This document shows positions 62,845-64,000 of a stretch of 64,000 nt of DNA, piece after piece. Below the pieces are notes generated by a model, which was given only the letters and a program-made list of their open reading frames with translations, searched no databases and was not told the DNA's origin. This stretch comes from Bacillota bacterium (GTDB taxonomy: Bacteria > Bacillota > DTU025), in contig JBMNJT010000002.1 in NCBI GenBank assembly GCA_050951805.1, forward strand, positions 1,440,001 through 1,504,000, in the 5' to 3' direction. The position numbers and the translations under genes are program-made. The stretch's first letter is position 1. Each line of letters opens with the position of its first letter.

Positions 62845-64000
62845 GAGCAGAGAGTCCCAACGCTAGAGCGCAATCCACGACCTCTTTCCAGCGCTCAACT
62901 CGATATGGATTGTCAACATGGCTCCGATCGCCCGAACCCTCACTTTCGGGACGCCGCGCCTTAAAGCTAGACTCGGGCGAGTCCTTTTGCCCCGCAAAAG
63001 ACCCGGGAGCTGCCGCATTAGCCTCCTCGGACTGCGTCAGTAATGCTATCATCTTGGCTGTGAAAGTTTGTTCCGCTTCGAGTAGATCCCTCTCAAGCGC
63101 GTCCATCCCGGTGCAATTGGCATGATAGTTCTTCCCTGCAGGTTGATCTGTCCTGGGCAGACGCACTTCCTTCCGTGTACTGCCACGGCCCGGTCTCCTC
63201 CTATCTTCGCCCCTAGGCCCCCTCACCACCAATTCTGTGCGGTCGGCAACTTCGAGATGGAAAAAGCGATCCTCAAATTCTCTCGCCAGCCCTGCCAAGA
63301 TGGGTCTGAGAGCCGGATCCACGCGTCCCTCCAGTTCAACCCTTAAGCACAGCTCAGCATTGGCCATGTCACTCAGGCGTTCTCGAATTTCCGCTCCCGA
63401 CTTTCCCGCAATGTCGACAGTAATGACTCGATGCTGCCGACTAGGAACCTTCATGGGGTTTACGCGAGTCCCATCTTCACGCAGACTCACGAGAAGTGCG
63501 TGCCGTTCACCTCTCGTATCAAAGTTGAGGTGTACCGGTGACCCCGAATACCAGCACGTCGCCTTTCCCACCGAGCAATTGACCATGTTATGGTAATGGC
63601 CTAAGGCCAAGTAATCGAGGCCAGACTGTGAAAGCGCATCGGGCGAAATAGGGCATATCGAAGAATCAAGCCCAGGAGTCCCAGCGAAAGTACCATGCAT
63701 CAACCCTACATGCATCCCCGAGCCCTCCACAACCAGGTTGGAAAGAACGGGCATAGTGGAATTCCGAGAAGTAGTCCTCAGTCCCCATACAGTGACCCCC
63801 GGAAAAGGCGAAACGGATGACCATTCCTCTGCCATGAAAAGATGAACATTCTCCCCAGAGCAAGCCTCCCGAAGCAGCTCCAAACCTCCGCTTTCTTCTG
63901 CTTCTCCCGGAGTAACCGCGACAAAAATCGAACTCCTGCCAAGCCTTGCAAACCCATTACGGACCTCTTCAACTACCGAGTCGGCCACTGAATCCGCACA
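62774..64000 (-). CDS. SbcD/YhaO (Mre11-like) metallophosphoesterase (5' end outside window)
   Basis: GLMHG, DYLALGHYH, YSGSP..LNF...G.R, capping-domain RVELEG. Confidence 0.8.
   Translation of the reverse strand, partial: CADSVADSVVEEVRNGFARLGRSSIFVAVTPGEAEESGGLELLREACSGENVHLFMAEEWSSVSPFPGVTVWGLRTTSRNSTMPVLSNLVVEGSGMHVGLMHGTFAGTPGLDSSICPISPDALSQSGLDYLALGHYHNMVNCSVGKATCWYSGSPVHLNFDTRGERHALLVSLREDGTRVNPMKVPSRQHRVITVDIAGKSGAEIRERLSDMANAELCLRVELEGRVDPALRPILAGLAREFEDRFFHLEVADRTELVVRGPRGEDRRRPGRGSTRKEVRLPRTDQPAGKNYHANCTGMDALERDLLEAEQTFTAKMIALLTQSEEANAAAPGSFAGQKDSPESSFKARRPESEGSGDRSHVDNPYRVERWKEVVDCALALGLSALGEVFRGDDREAVGCGEKRRPDD

Overview
Chromosomal window from a GC-rich, spore-forming Bacillota (Firmicutes); nearly all genes are on the minus strand. 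The backbone follows the conserved Bacillus/Clostridia order (obgE-nadD-yqeK-rsfS-leuS-comEA-comEC-holA-rpsT-gpr-spoIIP-lepA-hemW-hrcA-dnaJ-prmA-rsmE-mtaB-HIT-rpsU-yqeY-nfeD-floA-yqfC-yqfD), with several inserted blocks: a PRPP-riboswitch-controlled pur operon carrying a purF-purM fusion, a gerA-type operon, two paralogous lipoproteins, and a sugar-type ABC transporter with a PHP hydrolase. The most unusual elements are: (1) an intact tRNA-Ala(GGC) gene inside the leuS T-box riboswitch, apparently in the loop of Stem III; (2) a small RiPP-like cluster of a LuxR regulator, a 33-aa precursor below the ORF-track cutoff, an RRE-radical SAM/SPASM enzyme and a CPBP protease; (3) an SbcD/YhaO plus SbcC/YhaN-like pair in which both partners lack canonical catalytic motifs; (4) an ORF-less IIC-like group II intron fragment after the leuS terminator, with a nested copy of its own 5' end; (5) an hrcA-dnaJ operon with a CIRCE element but no grpE-dnaK. 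All calls come from reading motifs by eye; no database searches were run.
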